This document shows, piece by piece, positions 62,741-64,000 of a stretch of 64,000 bases of DNA. The first letter of the stretch is position 1. Every line of letters begins with the position of its first letter. The notes below the pieces were generated by a model that saw nothing but the letters and a program-made list of their open reading frames with translations, made no database searches and had not been told where the DNA came from. A program made the position numbers and the translations under genes. This stretch comes from Candidatus Bathyarchaeota archaeon (GTDB taxonomy: Archaea > Thermoproteota > Bathyarchaeia > Bathyarchaeales > Bathycorpusculaceae): the NCBI GenBank assembly GCA_963806535.1, contig CAWDYC010000004.1:96001-160000 (forward strand), in the 5' to 3' direction.

Positions 62741-64000
62741 GCTTTTTCTTTATGCCATCGAATACCCTGTGTTGTGTCCTCAAGCACAATGCCCAGTGCT
62801 TTAAGCTGTGCTCTTATCTCGTCGGCTTCTTTCCAATTCTTTGCTTTTCGGGCTTGCTCACGCTTTTGCACTAACATGTCAATGTCTGCAGGCAAGGCTT
62901 CTTCAACTTCAACCCTTCCAATAACCCCTAAAACCTCGTCGATAAGCATCATTAAACCACCAACTTGCGACGCTTCAGTTTTGCTGATCATATTTGCATC
63001 AAGCAGGTTGTTTATTTCTCGAACAAAATCAAACAGTGATGCCAAAGCAGTGCCAATGTCTAAGTCGTCATCCATTGAACCGCCAAAACACGCCTGAAGT
63101 TTCTCAGTTAAAACGGCAACTTTTCCCTTACTATCTTTACCCAATTCAACATCATGCAAGCGCCGAACAAAATTCCGAAGCCTCTCCACCGCGCCCCTAG
63201 AAGATTCCAACCCTTCAAAAGTGAAATTGAACTGCTGCCGATAATGCGTAGACATAAGCAAGTACCTTATTGCAATCGGATCGTAGCCTTTTACTAAAAG
63301 GTCACGTAACGTGAAGAAGTTTCCGAGGCGCTTAGCCATTTTTTTGCCTTCAACAAGCAAATGCTCATTATGCAACCAATAATCAACAAACTTCTTACCC
63401 GTCGCCGCCTCACTTTGCGCAATCTCGTTCTCGTGATGAGGGAACATGTTGTCGACTCCGCCGCAATGAATGTCAAAGGTTTCGCCAAGATACTTCATGC
63501 TCATAGCGCTACACTCGATGTGCCAACCAGGTCTACCCTTGCCAAGCTCAGTCTCCCAAAACACATCACCATCTTCTGGCGTCCAAGCCTTCCATAAAGC
63601 AAAATCCTGTGCTTCTTCTTTAGCGTATTCGTCTTGGCTAACTCTGGCTCCCGTCTTCAACTCACCACTTTTGATTTTTGAAAGTTTGCCATAATCTGGG
63701 AATTTACATATGGCGTAGTAGATTGAGCCGTCTTCACCCCTGTAAGCATAGCCCTTATCCATTAAGGTCTTGATTAAAGCAACCATCTCGGGAATGAGGT
63801 CAGTGGCTCGCGGGTAAACATTCGCTGGCACTATATTCAAGGCTTTGATATCTTCAAAGAACGCTTTCACATAAAAATCGGTGAATTGCCTAAGCGGTAT
63901 CTGCTGCTTCTGACTGCCCTTAATAGTTTTATCATCAATATCAGTTAAGTTCATGACATGGTTAACTTTAAAGCCTCGGTGAACAAGCCAACGTTTAAGC
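62737..64000 (-). CDS. cysS: Cysteinyl-tRNA synthetase (5' end outside window)
   Basis: [34 protein letters not shown] (KMSKS-like). Confidence 0.96.
   Translation of the reverse strand, partial: LKRWLVHRGFKVNHVMNLTDIDDKTIKGSQKQQIPLRQFTDFYVKAFFEDIKALNIVPANVYPRATDLIPEMVALIKTLMDKGYAYRGEDGSIYYAICKFPDYGKLSKIKSGELKTGARVSQDEYAKEEAQDFALWKAWTPEDGDVFWETELGKGRPGWHIECSAMSMKYLGETFDIHCGGVDNMFPHHENEIAQSEAATGKKFVDYWLHNEHLLVEGKKMAKRLGNFFTLRDLLVKGYDPIAIRYLLMSTHYRQQFNFTFEGLESSRGAVERLRNFVRRLHDVELGKDSKGKVAVLTEKLQACFGGSMDDDLDIGTALASLFDFVREINNLLDANMISKTEASQVGGLMMLIDEVLGVIGRVEVEEALPADIDMLVQKREQARKAKNWKEADEIRAQLKALGIVLEDTTQGIRWHKEKA

Noticed and set aside
315-63694. Many short ORFs antisense to or overlapping recognised genes in the ORF track
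   Set aside because: Shadow frames of well-supported genes; no motifs or independent expression signals
1-64000. tRNA or rRNA genes
   Set aside because: No cloverleaf with T-loop consensus or rRNA-like stretch noticed by eye; intron-split tRNAs cannot be fully excluded without tRNAscan-SE

Overview
Archaeal chromosomal window, most consistent with Bathyarchaeia (inference from archaeal r-protein order, an HMf-type histone together with a Cren7-like protein, TBP, Spt5, and Lrp/ECF-S clusters). Core blocks: end of the spc-like r-protein operon (rpl5-secY-DUF106-cmk, 1-8.7 kb) and secE-spt5-rpl11-rpl1-rpl10 plus housekeeping genes (43-64 kb). Between them lies a ~34 kb accessory-rich region (radical SAM, Mg ATPase, vapBC, IS200, DNA ligase, many Zn-binding microproteins, ADH, ArsR, arsB, histone, pirin, ilvC, two Lrp, ECF S components). 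Many genes, including essential ones, carry single-base frameshifts that are most likely long-read indel errors. The most unusual signals are non-coding or unannotated: (1) at 41.0-41.9 kb, three promoter-preceded stem-loops whose loops are antisense to a leader/RBS motif in front of a signal-peptide relic, divergent from a tandem Lrp pair (candidate antisense sRNA system); (2) an 18-aa histone-tail/H1-like peptide gene divergent from the histone; (3) a dispersed family of tandem GAA/TTC-armed hairpins at 15.8 and 57.4 kb; (4) a structured RNA candidate next to twin ArsR operators; (5) two identical-geometry GTGGGTT-N19-AACCCAC sites flanking a 6 kb block. All calls are by eye; no searches were run.
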